DNA of 64,000 bases, taken from NCBI GenBank assembly GCA_963706595.1, contig OY970166.1, positions 800,001 to 864,000 of the forward strand, in the 5' to 3' direction. The notes beneath the pieces are model-generated. The model saw only the letters and a list, made by a program, of their open reading frames with translations. It had not been told where the DNA came from and did not search any database. This document shows, piece by piece, positions 63,742 through 64,000 of this stretch (position 1 is its first letter; each line of letters starts with the position of its first letter). Made by a program: the position numbers and the translations under genes. The stretch comes from an uncultured cyanobacterium. GTDB taxonomy: Bacteria > Cyanobacteriota > Cyanobacteriia > Cyanobacteriales > Nostocaceae.

Positions 63742-63912
63742 TTAGCTAACGCTCAAGGCTACCAAAACTAAAGTGGTGACGATTAATGTAGCAAATGCAC
63801 CTTGTACAGCATATTGACGTTGCTGCTCTTGGTTGGGGTAGCCAGCATAGTACATTTTAGGTTCGTTGGCGTAGTTATTTAAAATGCCTGCTTCGTTAAC
63901 GGTGGTATACAT
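63742..63912 (-). CDS. psb34: Ssl1498/Psb34 photosystem II assembly protein (56 aa, not in ORF track)
   Basis: MYTTVNEAGILNNYANEPKMYYAGYPNQEQQRQYAVQGAFATLIVTTLVLVALSVS*. Confidence 0.88.
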   Translation of the reverse strand: MYTTVNEAGILNNYANEPKMYYAGYPNQEQQRQYAVQGAFATLIVTTLVLVALSVS

Positions 63913-63936
63913 AATGTTTTCCTGTAGTTGTTACCT

Positions 63937-63954
63937 TATGTAAACTAATATAAC
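63937..63954 (-). promoter_or_regulatory. HLR1-like (RpaB) direct repeat upstream of psb34
   Basis: Minus strand GTTATATT-AG-TTTACATA versus consensus (G/T)TTACA(T/A)(T/A)-N2-(G/T)TTACA(T/A)(T/A); one mismatch. Confidence 0.6.
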
Positions 63955-64000
63955 AAGATTGTTACAAAAGGTCAATAGAGGTTGACAAATAATAGTGGAT

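Overview
This is a 64-kb chromosomal segment of a filamentous, heterocyst-forming (Nostocales-type) cyanobacterium. The assignment rests on abundant HIP1 GCGATCGC octamers, 7-nt STRR tracts, STRRs inside rnpB, and the cikA-cobN-PG-binding-furA-sigC-gpsA-lipA gene order I recall from Anabaena PCC 7120. Most of it is housekeeping: glcD, a tftA-like amidase, dnaG, por, trx, fabG, a wecA-like transferase, CIRCE-groEL2, corA, rnpB, rnc, murQ, cobN, furA, sigC, gpsA, lipA and tRNA-Pro. The right end holds a complete mycosporine-like amino acid operon (mysABCD), then crtO and psb34. The accessory content is mostly small mobile DNA. It includes nested IS1634/ISAs1 remnants in a WG-repeat gene, an IS607-type element that kept an intact tnpB but lost tnpA and its left end, several MITEs, and repeats translated in frame inside cobN and dnaG. 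The most unusual item is a ~465-bp protein-free element with IS200/IS605-type hairpin ends, an internal extended -10 promoter and a structured interior, inserted in a DUF72 gene; it is a candidate stand-alone guide-RNA or ncRNA transposon. Other leads are an AT-rich orphan with a HEPN-like RxxxxH motif beside tRNA-Pro, an orphan PD-(D/E)XK nuclease, and long hairpin-rich leaders upstream of mysA and a PEP-CTERM gene. No CRISPR array, rRNA, prophage or integrase was seen. All family assignments come from motif recognition by eye; no searches were run.
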